This document shows, piece by piece, positions 12,306 through 25,508 of a DNA stretch of 64,000 nucleotides. Each line of letters opens with the position of its first letter. The first letter of the stretch is position 1. This DNA comes from Nemertoderma westbladi (Eukaryota > Animalia > Xenacoelomorpha), in the NCBI GenBank assembly GCA_032718475.1, contig JAUCBJ010006848.1, forward strand, positions 1 through 64,000. Direction: 5' to 3'. Both the position numbers and the translations under genes were made by a program. The notes under the pieces were generated by a model, which had not been told where the DNA came from, ran no database searches, and was given only the letters and a program-made list of their open reading frames with translations.

Positions 12306-14161
12306 CCATGGCCTACTACACACAGGCCATGACAAGGACTTTGCTGTGAAATTAGCGTAGGCTGACTGCTGAATTATCAAATATTATATTTTCCACGAAT
12401 GCAGGGTCCATATTTAAAAGAAGATGACTAGATTTTCGTAAGTAATTTAATTGAAACAGTATTTAATAATTAATTAATTAATTATCGCTAGAGTTCCTGC
12501 AGCTTTTATTTGTTTGTGGCTGCCTCTGGCTATGTTTGTGGCAGGAATGTTTGAACGCTTATAAGTCAGTCAATCAAGGATGAAATGGAACCAAACTTGG
12601 TACACATGTAGTCTATAAAAAATTTTGAAATTCTACACACAGACAGACTTCTACAGTTCCCCTGTCTGCCGCTAGGGGGCGAATTAACAGAAACGTAAAA
12701 ATAGCTGTAATTATAGAACCAACGATCAGATTCATCTGAAATTTAGTAGTAGTTACCTAAGAGCATTGCTTAATTAGAAATTCTACAGAGACTTTTACAG
12801 TTCCTGTCTGCCGCTAGTGGGGAATTGTTAGAGCTCCAGTTCAACGTGCTTAGCACGGTTTAATAAACAATAAATTAATTATTTTATTCAATACAGTAAT
12901 TATAACAGTAAAATGCAATATATTCTATTTTTTAGTAAAATCAAGAGACAGGAGGGGGGTGGGACTGGACGCAAATCCCATCTTGGCGAATTAATATCCC
13001 GCCTCAATATTAATTTCTCAATTTTGGGAAAGGAGCAGGTTACAGTGGCACGTTATTTTAACCAAAACAATAAAGTAAACACAATAGAACAGGTTACAGT
13101 TTTATTTTTGAGAGTAATCAGCTGTTGTTATTTGCGTCCAATTTCCCCTGGAGAGGGATTAATTTTTATTGCGTCCAGTCCCCCCCCCCCCCCCCCCTAT
13201 CTTGAAATCAAATACCAAAAATATATTTATTATATGAACAATCTATTTGGAAATTGTAAGTTCGGCCTATCTCTTTACCATAAGCTCAGTATCTTTATCT
13301 GGTGTGTTTTTATTATTTTACCAATTATTTAATACGTTTGATAGAATTGAACAACACCGCCCAACACAACCAACTCTCTATCCGCCTCGAGCTGTCGAGC
13401 ATCGAGAATACGAGAAACTCGATCGAAATACCTGCTTATCCCAGTAGTATCCGTCCGTAGTCACCGGACCGCTGCGGTTTACTCCCGTAGAACAGTAGAA
13501 TTCCCGCAGCTTTCGACCCAATTCGACAACGAATTCGCTTCACACTTTCACGTCGCAGAGAACGTAATCCAGTGCGATACAAGTATGCCCGACGTTCAAC
13601 CATTTCCCCCAGGCGATACCAGGATCCGGGCCGCCGCTAAACCCAGATCGCAATCCTCGTCGATTCGTCCAGTCGTCGACGTAAGTCAGTAAGTGGGACT
13701 CTTCCCACCGCACTCCAAGGTGGGTGACCGGAGTGAGGCATGAGGAACTTGGCAGTGGCCCGCATTACGATCTGACCGACCGCCGTATTCCCAGTGTCTG
13801 AGTGTAGTAAGAATCGAAATAGAATCGTAGTGACAAACAAGCAATTCCGTAGCACTGCGTAGTATTCCCCCGTTAATCACCTCTTGAAGCAACTCGGCTG
13901 CTCGGGTCCAGATACATCGGACTGTCGGGAGCGTTTCAGACAGTAATGGAGCGGCATTTGCGAATATTTCCAATGGTTTTATAATAAATAAGGGGATTAA
14001 ATGCTAAAACAAATGGATTATTCCTAACCCCACCCCAATACAGCAGTATACCTAACAGTATATAGCTTGTACCACAGTACCATAATCTGATAATCAGCAC
14101 AGTCAGCCTACGCTAATTTCACAGCAAAGTCTTGTCATGGCCTGTGTGTAGTAGGCCATGG
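12306..14161. mobile_element. Inverted-repeat-bounded segment (~62-bp arms 12306-12368 and 14100-14161)
   Basis: CCATGGCCTACTACACACAGGCCATGACAAG...GTAGGCTGACTG is mirrored; encloses a MITE and a GC-rich island. No TSD identified. Confidence 0.6.
12954..13197. mobile_element. Small MITE with GGGACTGGACGCAA TIR
   Basis: GGGACTGGACGCAAA (12961) is mirrored by ATTGCGTCCAGTCCC (~13167); the interior is related to ~61535-61695. Confidence 0.55.
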
Positions 14162-15128
14162 GTGGTACCTACGGTGCGCACTACAACGGCAGTACAGCAA
14201 TACGGTGTACCGTGCCAATGCAGCAATGACTGAATGATTACCGGTAGCGGTAACTATCTAAACTATTATATTATTATTACTGCGGTGCCGGTACTGCATA
14301 CTGGGCTAATTAGGCCTAAACTTTAATCACCGCAAGGGTTGCCGGGGTTAATTAGATTACATGATATGGCATGTCTGCAGTGTATGGTACCGGCTGACCA
14401 GTATTGCAGTATTGACTGCAGGATTCTCGATTCAGGGATTGAGTACAGCCTGACAGTACCGGTACACATGGTACATGCAGACAACCCCAATGTATTGCAA
14501 AATTTGTCAAGAAACCCAGCTGATTTATCCTACAGTAATAATAATTTAACGCATTTTAAATTTGGATAAATAAATTTATTATAACTGCAATAACAGTTAC
14601 ACTGATGCTGCACGAAGACCCCACGCAAATTCTACTTGGAAAATTTTCAAACTTTTGCCAAACAACATGTGTACCAAGTTTGGATAGATTTCATCAAGGA
14701 TTGGCCGAGTTATTAACGTTTAAAATAAAATACTGAAAAAAAACGCGACAGAACGACAGAACGACAGGTTGATTAATGGTACCCCTACGCTAAGGCTCAC
14801 TCACTTCGTGGCTCGCCCCACAGGGATAAATGTTGCGTTCTGGTTGAATTCAACCACTCCTTCCTGGAATCCTTTATAAATGGGCTATTTATTATGGATC
14901 GTCTGCATTCACATTAATCTAAGTTAGAAATAGTTTCTGTTACTCTATTTTTTAGTTTAGATTCTCAAACTGGCAAGTTGGTATTGAACTGCGTTTTTTT
15001 TAACAATAGCTGACATTAAAAACTATGTTTAGTGTTTTTATAAATTATTATTAGTGTTTTGGGTGAATGAGTGGTTTCTTATTATTATAACGTTTTGTTG
15101 GGAACAGTTTTACATAGTCGGCACTGAC

Positions 15129-15197
15129 GTCCAGGTGGGATCGAACTGGTGACCTCCGGATGGAAGACTGATGCTCTAACCATTCAGCTACCGGTAG
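15129..15197 (-). repeat. tRNA-derived SINE head or tRNA pseudogene
   Basis: Minus strand CCGGTAGCTGAATGGTTAGAGCATCAGTCTTCCATCCGGAGGTCACCAGTTCGATCCCACCTGG has Pol III A and B boxes; stems are imperfect. Confidence 0.65.
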
Positions 15198-16147
15198 CGG
15201 CTCAGGTAAAAGACATGGATATACTACCTGACATCTTGTATGTCCGCAATTTACGTCCGCATTAAATCCCATCTGCCATTACCACCATCTGCTACCACTG
15301 TTGTGCTCAGCGCCCTACAGTACTTGGCCGTCTTTAACTAATCGCTACAATGAAAGGCTAGTTTATATTAACCATGAAGTAATGAACCATACCCGGAGTT
15401 AGTTCTTATCCCTATTAAACACAGGGGGGGGGGGGGGGGGGGGGTAATGTGGTGGTTTTTTTGTTGGAACTCTGTTTCAAACGCAGTTGAGAATCTGAAA
15501 TTTTATGACTTTTCCTAAACATCCATTGCCTTCGTATAGTGAAAACGGTTTTAAAACATATTAGAAGTTTTCGAGTTATAGCACTATTTTTTAACCCTAC
15601 TTTTGGCACATTTTCGAGACGTTTTTTTCAAAATTACATTTGATGAAATATGATATCTAACATCTATATTTTTTATTTAGACCGGTTTTTTATGTTCGCA
15701 ATTAGATTGAATTCAGATAAAAAATTCATATAATTTTTTCAGCGGATACTGTACCAAATTGTGGAGCAGCACCAAATTTTTAAAAATGTGTTGAACTTGT
15801 TTTTTGCGCAATAGGGTTTTTGGGATTCTGTTTTCGAAGAAATATATGCGAGTTGCACCAGGCATAACCAATTTGTATTTTTCGATGCTCTGTGCAAAAT
15901 TTGGTGCCAGCACGAAATTGTGAAATTTCATTCAATAGTTCATTTGACGGTGACAAATAATTATTTCTTGCGTTGGGTGCAAAATTTGGTGCTAGCACAA
16001 AATTTTGAAACGCATCAAATATATCAATTGATTATGTAGCCTTGTGCGGCGAGCGACGAAATAAAGCGTGCTTAGCATACAGGTACCATTAACTCACCAA
16101 TAACCCACTAGCATCACTAACTCAATCGGTGTGTCTGTGGGGCGAGC

Positions 16148-16234
16148 CACGAAGTTGGCGGAGCCTTAGCGAATTGACACTGTTAGGGGGTGGGTCAATT
16201 TATGCAAATAGTTGTCGTCGTCGTCGTCGTCGTT

Positions 16235-16276
<42 letters not shown>

Positions 16277-16639
16277 GTCGTCGTTACGATTTTGACATGC
16301 TAATAACTTTGTCGGATTTAAAGCTGCCAAGTTGAAAATTTGTAGGTATCAATATGAGCAAAAGTTGAGATTTTTGAGAGACTTTCAGACACCATCAGTG
16401 CAATGGTCTCCCGCTAGAGGGCCACATGTCTAAACATTAAATGCCCTCCCATTTCTTTGCTTTTAATCCGTTTAAGCTGAAACTTGGCAGATATGTATTA
16501 GACCATTAGATGTGACTTTCAAAGGAGGCGAATCCATCTGCAGTTCTCCAGTCTGCCGCTAGAGGGCCAACGTGACTATTTGCATAAATTGACCTACCCC
16601 CTAACAGTGTCAATTCGCTAAGGCTCTGCCAACTTCGTG
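16148..16639. mobile_element. Non-autonomous element with ~64-bp inverted repeats and an internal (GTC)n microsatellite
   Basis: Arms 16148-16212 and 16575-16639; (GTC)n at ~16214-16283; related sequence at ~5460-5495, ~14790-14820 and ~20180-20235. The architecture recalls Helentron-derived/DINE-like elements (inference). Confidence 0.6.
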
Positions 16640-17960
16640 CTGCGCGAAGTCCCCACTTCGTGTTGTTCTGTTGCGTTCAATTTTAAACGTTAATAACTCA
16701 GCAAAATATCGATGAAATCTATCCAAACTTGGTACGCATGTAGTCTAGCAAAAGTTTATAAATTTTCCAAGTTGAATTTCCGTGTGGCCTTCGAGAAGCT
16801 AAGATAATACCAGTTAATTAATTAAATTAAAATTAATTAAGTTGGTTGGGGTAAAAACAGCATTTCAAGCCTGTCTTTTAATGGAAATTAATTATTTTAG
16901 TGTAAGATATAAATAATTAAACATAAAAGTTATACAGCTGTTATTCACATACCCCATGCCATTAAAGTTTTTAATTAGTTCAAGTGATTTGCTTTAAAAA
17001 ATGTGTTTTTAATTAATCTAAACGTAATTAAGTATCAAAATGCCCTCGCCACTCTATACCTCCCTCATTCCTTGGCATACTAGCTGGCTATTGCCAACTA
17101 CTTGGCTATGGGTAATTACATCTATATAGGACATAAAGCAGGGCACTACTAGTGTAACTAATAAGCCAGCTTGCTTTATCCTGCCTTTCATTTATCCTCT
17201 GTGCTCCTTTGGGTTGGGGTGGTGTAAATTAAGAGGGCGGTTGAAGCGAGGGGGAACCTCTCTTCTTTGATTTATTCTTATTAGCGGTTTGGTTAAATTT
17301 CTTAATTATTTATTTAAATTTCTTAAGTACCGATTTTGGGATAGAATTGCTCAATTTAAATTTGTATCTAATAACTGAGCCTCGCCCTGCACGAAGGCCC
17401 CACGAACGTTTCTTGCGTTATACGGGTTGGTGAGGGTTCTAAATTCAATGGTAAAATTATCAATGCAGAAGAGTTCTCAAACTTGTATATTTCGGCGTTG
17501 GGTGAAAAGATTTGTGCCAGCACCAAATTTTTGAAAATAAGCAAATTGATCAATATATATGTATCATCTTGTTTCTTGCGTTATTCGGGATTGTGAGGGT
17601 CCTGAATCCGATGGCATCAATAAAAACCGCACCGGACATCTCTAACTTTTTTCATCTCAACGCTTTTTTTTGGTGGCGAGGGGGGGGGGGGGGGTTGGTG
17701 ATGGTTCATGGTTATTAATATACACTAACTATTTATCAGCAACCCTTAGCGGTAACCATAGTAACTAAATGGGACCATGAAGATCGTATAATATTTTAAT
17801 CCAAATATGTACCATCACCAATATTAATAATTGTTAACTCATTAATATTATTTATTTTAGTTTATAAATTTTTATTATTTCAGAACCCTAAATTATTTTA
17901 TTGGTTTGAAGTTTAAAGTTGAATTTTTATATAAATAATTAATATTTAATAGAATCAACC

Positions 17961-18656
17961 ATGTTAATGATTTGCATATCAGCCTTACTTTTGATCCATC
18001 TGATATCTTTAAGCCACGGAATAGATGACACCTACGATCCTACCAAACTCAAACTCACCATAGAAGATCCTATTGGTACGAACTGTGTGGAGGAGGGAGA
18101 TAACTTAACGTTAAGTTATCAACTCACAAACGATATAGTCATCAACGATATAAGATGGATCTATGGAGGGATTGACGATTATTATCTAATTGAGTTGGAA
18201 TACGAGGATGGAACATTAAACGTGGAGCAATACTACCACGGTTATACTAATAATAGTGTAATAGTTTCAGTTTCGGGACGGCCTGTAGTAATTAGAGTTA
18301 CTTATACTAACGTCCATGTTACAAGTGAGAGAGTGGAAGCGCGGCATATAAAACAGGAGGTTGGGAAACACGATATTTATATAGGGTTAGTGAAGCAGGG
18401 CGATGATGAGTGGACATACCTGCATCCATCAATAGAAATACGCGAGTGCGCGGTTAATACGGAATCGGACCAACAACAACCAACTGAAGAAGGGAAAGAT
18501 ATAGTTGAACCTAACGGCTCAACCTCCATCGCACCCAATGTAACAACCACTGGGGTTAGAGAAGATGTAGTTAAACCTAACGGCCCAACCTCCATCGCAC
18601 TCAATGTAACCCCTAGTATATTACTTACTCTCATCCTATTGGTTAATGTATTATGA
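17961..18656 (+). CDS. Predicted secreted, GPI-anchored single Ig-like domain surface protein (231 aa)
   Basis: Hydrophobic signal peptide (MLMICISALLLIHLISLSHG), Ig-like EEGDNLTLSY...IRWIY pattern, S/T/P stalk, C-terminal hydrophobic tail without a cytoplasmic segment, ACCATG context, upstream AG acceptors, AATAAA at ~18723. Confidence 0.75.
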   Translation: MLMICISALLLIHLISLSHGIDDTYDPTKLKLTIEDPIGTNCVEEGDNLTLSYQLTNDIVINDIRWIYGGIDDYYLIELEYEDGTLNVEQYYHGYTNNSVIVSVSGRPVVIRVTYTNVHVTSERVEARHIKQEVGKHDIYIGLVKQGDDEWTYLHPSIEIRECAVNTESDQQQPTEEGKDIVEPNGSTSIAPNVTTTGVREDVVKPNGPTSIALNVTPSILLTLILLVNVL

Positions 18657-21600
18657 ATGAATTAGCTGAGAATGAAATCTGATTGGCTTATTATTATTGG
18701 CGTTATTTGCATATTTTTTTGTAATAAAATTAACAACTAAAAATTACTATTTATCTGGAATCTCCAAAATAATAAGTAAAGATTCGCGGCATAAGATGAA
18801 TAATGTAAAGAATCCATTTGAATCTAACTGATAATAATTATTACATTGTCTTGTAACAATATTTATAGAATATGTCCAAATGTTTTTAGTGAATTAACTT
18901 TTTACGCTTGTGGCAGATAGAGGGCGACAAAATTTTAACATTTATTTTTAATTCAATTTTTTACCCCAGGTTAGTCCCATAAAGTCATAAAAAATACAAA
19001 ACTACCCACAAGCAGAAATTTCTATCCATTTAAGTTACGGCGTTGTCGATTATGAAAGAGCTAATCCTATTGGCTAGTTACCTGAATATTATATGATCAG
19101 ATATTTTGTCAAATAAATATTCTCATTCTTTAACAAATTAATTTTTTAATTTTTTAACAAACATTCCTATATGATAAGATAATCTTGTTGAATATTTCAT
19201 ATTTAACATCGGAGATTGTTGGGTTTTGAAGACAGTATAATGGTGGGAACTGAATAAATCGTGTAGTTACTGTAATTAATCTAGTAATTACATGAAAAAA
19301 TGTATTTTGTCTATATCTCATGATGTGAAATATGGTTACACATAGAAAGCTGAAGGGTCTAACATAACTACTGTAGAAGTGCAAACAATATGTAAATATA
19401 ATATAATTAATCATGGAGTTAATTAACAGAGTAAGGTTAACATTATAATTCACATAAAAATCTGCACCAGAGGGTATTGAAAATGAAAAATCGCCTTTGA
19501 GCGCTGCGGTGACACAAAACGTATTTATGTACCGCGCTGGTGCATCAAGGGGACTTACATAAATAGAAATAGTTCATAAACTCTAGATAGTGGCCATTTT
19601 CAGACAATTATGTATTTTTACGTAATTTTGTTAGAATATGTCAACTTATCAGCGATCTGAACATTTAAATTAATCACTTTCAATAATTTAATTGTATTGT
19701 TTAATGTTACAGAAAAGATTATTGATCATTTTATTGAACTACAACCAACACTTACACTACTTACACATGGCATGCAATGGCTATCATCCATGCTAGAGAA
19801 ATGTAGAATACTCAAGACGTATTCTAGAACTCAATTGTTTCTAAGAGATGAGTGTTTTCTTTACAGTTGATATTTAGGATTGCTTTATTAATTTGACATA
19901 ATTGTAACAAAAACATGTTTGTAGTTATTTCAGTTTAATTTCGTAATTATAATTATATAAGATTGTCTTCACATTATATTAAGTTTTTATTAATTATTAA
20001 TATTTATTATGTAATAATATGTAATAATATGTAATAATGTTACAATAATTAACCTCTCTTTCCTGGTAACTATTACTATGCTACGATTACTAAAACAAAG
20101 AGTTATAGTGAAAGATAATCCGCCATCCATGCTGTGTTTCCTAGCAACTATACACAATACAGACCGTAGTGCTTCTCCTTGGTCTGTGGGGCGAGCCACG
20201 AAAATAAGCGAGCTTAGCATACCACTAACTCAATCAATTTCTCTGAAACCAATTTTTTTCGAATTATTAATGTTTGTGTCCCTGACAATGAGAAGTGTTC
20301 TGTCACAAGTATCTCTATTATAGTCTTAAAATTGTATTTTTTATTAACCATAATTTTTATTATCTATAAAGAATAGGCCTACATACATATTGTATACTGA
20401 TACAGTACAACCCAACCGACAATAAAAGTGTAAATTTTTGGAGATTTTTCTTAATAATTTAATATTTTTTCAAGATTCAACCACTGTAGTCTATTTAAAA
20501 TTTGATTTATTTAGTTGCAAATATCTTCATAGCAGCAACTGAATCTACAATTGCCGTTTCCAACCAGGCCTTCACAAACTTCTACAACTATTTTGTCGCA
20601 ATCCGTGTTACCTAGCATCATGGCCACATACTCAGGTACACACAACGGTTGTGAAATCGGGAATCCATCATCAGTTATCCAATTTATAGTCTAGAATAAA
20701 AATTGTAGAGAATAATTTATTATTTAGAACTATTTATTCAATTAAATAATTACACAAGGTTCTAGAACATATTGTTTATTTAGGTTTAGCTACGCAACCT
20801 AGTTTAGCAACCTACTCCACTCTGCTCGCTTCCTCTCCACTCCGATTTTCGCGTTTTTAGAATATTCGGTGACGGTTCTATTTAAACACAATTCTGTGAT
20901 CAATGCGGATATTTCTCTATTATATTTTAATATTTGACATTTATTATCAAATTTACTAAATTAAACTTTCTAATTTAAGAGGTAAACAAACATTTGCTAT
21001 TTTCACTTAATTAACAGCTTTAATTTCTTTGCATTGCAGTAATTATTTTTTGCAGTTTATAACACCAGACATGTCTGAAACGCAGGTTAAAGTAAGCAAT
21101 AATAACTAACGCACACTAGCATACCATCTTTTGAGCTTGTGCTCATAATTATAATAATTATATTATTTAATCTTTTAATATTATTTAGTCTAAAAAAGTT
21201 TAAAAAGTATTTAGTCTCGCTTTCCATGTCATGGGTTGATAGGGAGTTGTGGCGGGGCAATTTTGTCGACTAGCCGGCACAGCATTCTTAAAAATGCAGC
21301 AGTAATGCAGAAGACTGCAGAAGATTTAAGAAGACTGTTGAACCGAGCCCGAATTTCACGTCAGGCAAACGAGACTTACCTTAGCTTGATTCTAGTGTCA
21401 AGCTTGGGGGAACCAATGAGACAGCTCCAATGTTATATACACTGAAAAAAGTAAGTGCCGGTCGATTTTTTTTTTTAATTAACAACTAAAAATTACTATT
21501 CATCTGGAATCTCCAAACAAGTAAAGTCGCACCATAAAGATGGATAATGTCGAATTTAATCAACTGATAATAATTATTACGTTGTCTTGTAACAAAATAT

Positions 21601-21874
21601 ATATAGATTATGTCCTTCAAGTGTTTTCAGTGAAATTAACATTTACGCTAGTGGCAGATAGAGGGTGACAAAATTTTAACATTTTATTAATGGGGTATTA
21701 CACCATTTTTGGACAACATTTCGATTTATCACTCAAAACGTTTCAAAATCGTTTGGTTTTGGCTATAATTTGGAATATAACTGCTGTACCTAAGTTGCTA
21801 TTCTACTAGTCGCTGTTCGTGTCACCGTCAACAGTAGACACAAATGTTGTCGAACCATCGTATACTGCTGGGCC

Positions 21875-22050
21875 CATGTGAGGAATACCAGACTTTCTGC
21901 CGTTATATTTCACTTTGCAGTTACCCCCATGTGAAGAATACCAGACTTTCTGCCGTTATATTTCACTTTGCAGTTACCCCCATGTGAAGAATACCAGACT
22001 TTCTGCCGTTATATTTCACTTTGCAGTTACCACCATGTGAAGAATACTAG
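21875..22050. repeat. 53-bp tandem repeat, about 3.3 units
   Basis: CCATGTGAAGAATACCAGACTTTCTGCCGTTATATTTCACTTTGCAGTTACCC repeated; inverted partial copy at ~22237-22256. Confidence 0.9.
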
Positions 22051-24004
22051 GTTTTCACCAAAACCACAGGTTACAGAAGGGCTGAATCTAACCAAAACAA
22101 TAAACGAATTACAGTAGTATATGTACAGGTTATAAGACAGAAATAAGCGCTATAAAACACTTAATAAAGATAAATTAAAAAAATAAAAAATCTTCATATA
22201 TAAAATTCCAATAAAAAGTCGACCGAAAAGTGAAATCCTGGTATTGTTCACATGGGCGTACTGCTGATCTGATTGCTGCAATAATTTTTGCATCTGTTCG
22301 GTTGCACCCAACCGAACCATACCCTCTCGGATACCATACCCGCCGGCCGCGGTTCCTCTTAAGTAAACCTGAGTAAATGAATTTAAATAATAAGTTAATT
22401 AATAAGTTAAGCCTTCTTATAGTAAGTCTAGCTACGTAGTAATTATATACGGGATTATAATAAATAAATTACCTTTCTTGTAATCTTAAGGCCCGGGTTC
22501 TCACCTTGAATCAATCCTCGCGCCCACGCGCTCAGGCCCTTCGCGATTTCAGGTACGGCCCGCCCCTCCTACTCCACTCTGCTCGCTTCCTCTCCACTCC
22601 GATTTTCACGTTTTTAGAATATTCGGTGACGGTTCTATTTAAACACTATTCTGTGATCAATGGAGATGTTTCTTTATTATATTTTAATATTTGACATTTT
22701 ATTTATCAAATTTACTAAATTAAGCTTTCTAATTTAAGAGGTACACAAACATTTGCTATTTTCATTTAATTAACAGCTTTAATTTCTTTGCATTGCAGAA
22801 ATTATTTTTTGCAGTTTATAACACCAGACATGTCTGAAACGCAGGTTAAATAAGCAATAATAACTAACGCACGTAGGCCTTTGTCTTGATTGAGATATGA
22901 CAACAGACACGTCATTGTAATTTGAAACCCTGGCCTCTCATTGGCTAGTAACTGGCGAAGCTATAATAATTAAATTGATGAATGTGAATGAAAATGAAAT
23001 TAAGATTGGTTCGCTTATGAAGTTATCGGTATTATTAATTGTTAATATTTATAATTGTTAATAACGGAAATATTGTTGTAAATTCGTTAAAGTGGTGCAT
23101 TGATAGTAGGTATTCATACTTGGTATTCATATTACGAGTTATTCATACTAGCACAGAATACCTCGTAAGTTTTAAGTTAATAATTAATTGTAAAGCCGCA
23201 GGTAAAACCGCAGCTGTGCCAATGAGTTAGAGGATGGCCTACTAAATATTAAACTAAATATTATTATATTATTATTGTAATGGGACAAGTCCTACAATTA
23301 AATTGTGTAAGTAAGAAATAACAATAACTATTGTTAGTAAAAAAACTTATCATTCATTCATTGTGTCAACATAATCAAATTGAATTGATAAAATTATGAA
23401 GCAAATTATATATTTATTTATTCTTTAAGCCGCACCAGAGAGGCACAACAATTGTACTATAAAGATTTATAGGAAAATGTTCGGGGAGGAATATATTACG
23501 GGTCAAGGTGTAATTAGTTGCATAAATAAATTGAATATATATTTTATCAATATTGCTAAACATTACAATATTAAATTGATTAATTACGTGCATCCCGCTC
23601 GATAAGTTTAGTTCGCGATCGTCTCCTGAAGGTTTCCTTCTCTTCCGACTTAGAGGCCCGAAACCTGCTTGTGAACCACAACCTGAACCGCTCCAACAAG
23701 AACGTCTCGGATATCTCGAGGAAATTAAGGATCCGACCAAGCCTCCCGGTAGGGGAACGGAAGTTGATGAGCGACCGATCAAAGTTAGTTCACTCACTGA
23801 ACAATGCGGCAAACAACGAGGAGGTAAGTTTCAGTTTGCGATCGGACGGTTCAATTTGGAAGTTTGAACACCACGAAGATGGAAAGTGGAAACGCAACCG
23901 CCAATGGAACCATCAACAAGTTAGCGATGACCATACGAGAAATCACGCGTCGGAATCATCGCGGCCCTCAGTCGGAGTTCTCTCCCAGGCCCAGGGAAAC
24001 AAGT

Positions 24005-25508
24005 AAAGGGAGGGTCTAGCCCAGCACTGGGACCGTTCATTAAGTGTTGTCATTTTAATGCTCGCTCATTAAAAAATAAACTGATAGAGTTACAATATTT
24101 ACTATCTGATCAACAATACGATATAGTTTGCATAACTGAGACGTGGCTTAATAACGATGTACCAAATTCTTTACTAGTGAATGGAAGTAACTACTCGGTA
24201 ATTGCCAGGGCTGACCGTAAACTCCGCGAGGGTGGAGGCGCCGCGATTTTAGCTCGTAACAATCTTAAATGTGTCGAAGTACCTCTCCCTGCTAACTCAA
24301 ACAATACTGAATACTCGTTGGTGGTCATTGATATATTAGGCCATCTCGCTCTCTCCCATCGGTTAGCCTGTGTGTATAGGCCACCTCCCCGTCCGGATGT
24401 TTCAGATCACAGTCAGATCCTCTGGAATGAACTATCAGTTCTTTGTGATGTTGTTTTTCCGTTTACCATTGTAGGTGATTTTAATTTTCCCCAATTCGAT
24501 TGGAAAGAATTTTCTTACCCCGACAATTACCTGTATAATAAATTCGGTGATTTTGTGTTACAAAATAGTTTATACCAGATCCAGTTAGTCCCCACTTGTG
24601 GAGATAATGTTCTGGATCTAGTGTTTACTACTGACCGGAAATTTATCAGCGACGTTCACACTGACGCGCCGTTTTCCACTAGTAACCACGATTGTGTTGT
24701 GTTTGATATCATTGTATGTAGAAATGACAGTGCACCTGCACCTATTACGGGATACTATGACTACTCAAACGGAGACTATACTTCTTTTAATAATTATATT
24801 AGAAATGCTGATCTTATTTCACAGCTTGCTTCTTGTACTACAGTGAATGAATATTACAATACTTTTAGTGCTGTAATTAAATCAGGTGTTGAACAATTTG
24901 TTCCTTTTAAATCGTTTAATGTCGATAAAAGAAAAAGTTATCCTTTATATGTTAAGCGCCTGCAGCGCGCAAAAAAAAAGCTGTGGAAAAGGCGTAATAC
25001 CGAGCATGGGAAACAGGCGTATCAGCGGGTGGCACTACTAGCTTCGAAAGCGGCTCTTCGTGCCATCTGCGCATACGAAACTAAAATTCTCAACTCGGCC
25101 GACCCCAATAAAATATTTAAATATATGAACTCCAAAAGGAAGGATCGTAATGTAATTGGACCTTTGAAACACAACGGCGAAACTGTAGTAGATGACAGTA
25201 CTAAGGCGAAAATTTTCGCCGACGTGCTAGCGGAAAATTTTTCGAATGACAACCACAGTGTCCCAATATTCAACCGTAGGGTTCCTACTGGTACATCTTT
25301 GTCTACTGTAGATTTATCCCCAGTTCGTGTGTTAACAATGTTAACTAAAATGCCAGCCAAAAAGAGTGCGACGCCAGACAACTTGCCTAGCATTTTATTT
25401 GCCAGATTAGCTATTAATATCGCCGCACCACTATCTGTTTTAGTTATCTCTCGAAACATACACACTTCCATCTGCATGGCTCACAGCTACTATTATACCA
25501 ATGTTTAA
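24005..25508 (+). pseudogene. LINE ORF2 part 1: APE-type endonuclease and linker
   Basis: HFNARSLKNK, DIVCITETWL, GGGA, VYRPP, GDFN, LDLVFT and SNH motifs; frameshift near 25440 to the RT frame. Confidence 0.9.

Noticed and set aside
13560-13680. Resemblance to 7SL/SRP RNA or an HDV-like ribozyme in the GC island
   Set aside because: Only a few matching bases; the conserved SRP helix motifs and the nested pseudoknot could not be built.
15129-15197. Functional tRNA gene
   Set aside because: Acceptor, anticodon and T stems pair poorly; better explained as a SINE head or pseudogene.
16129-16335. Poly-Arg, protamine-like ORF
   Set aside because: Arises from the (GTC)n microsatellite in a repeat and has a non-ATG start.
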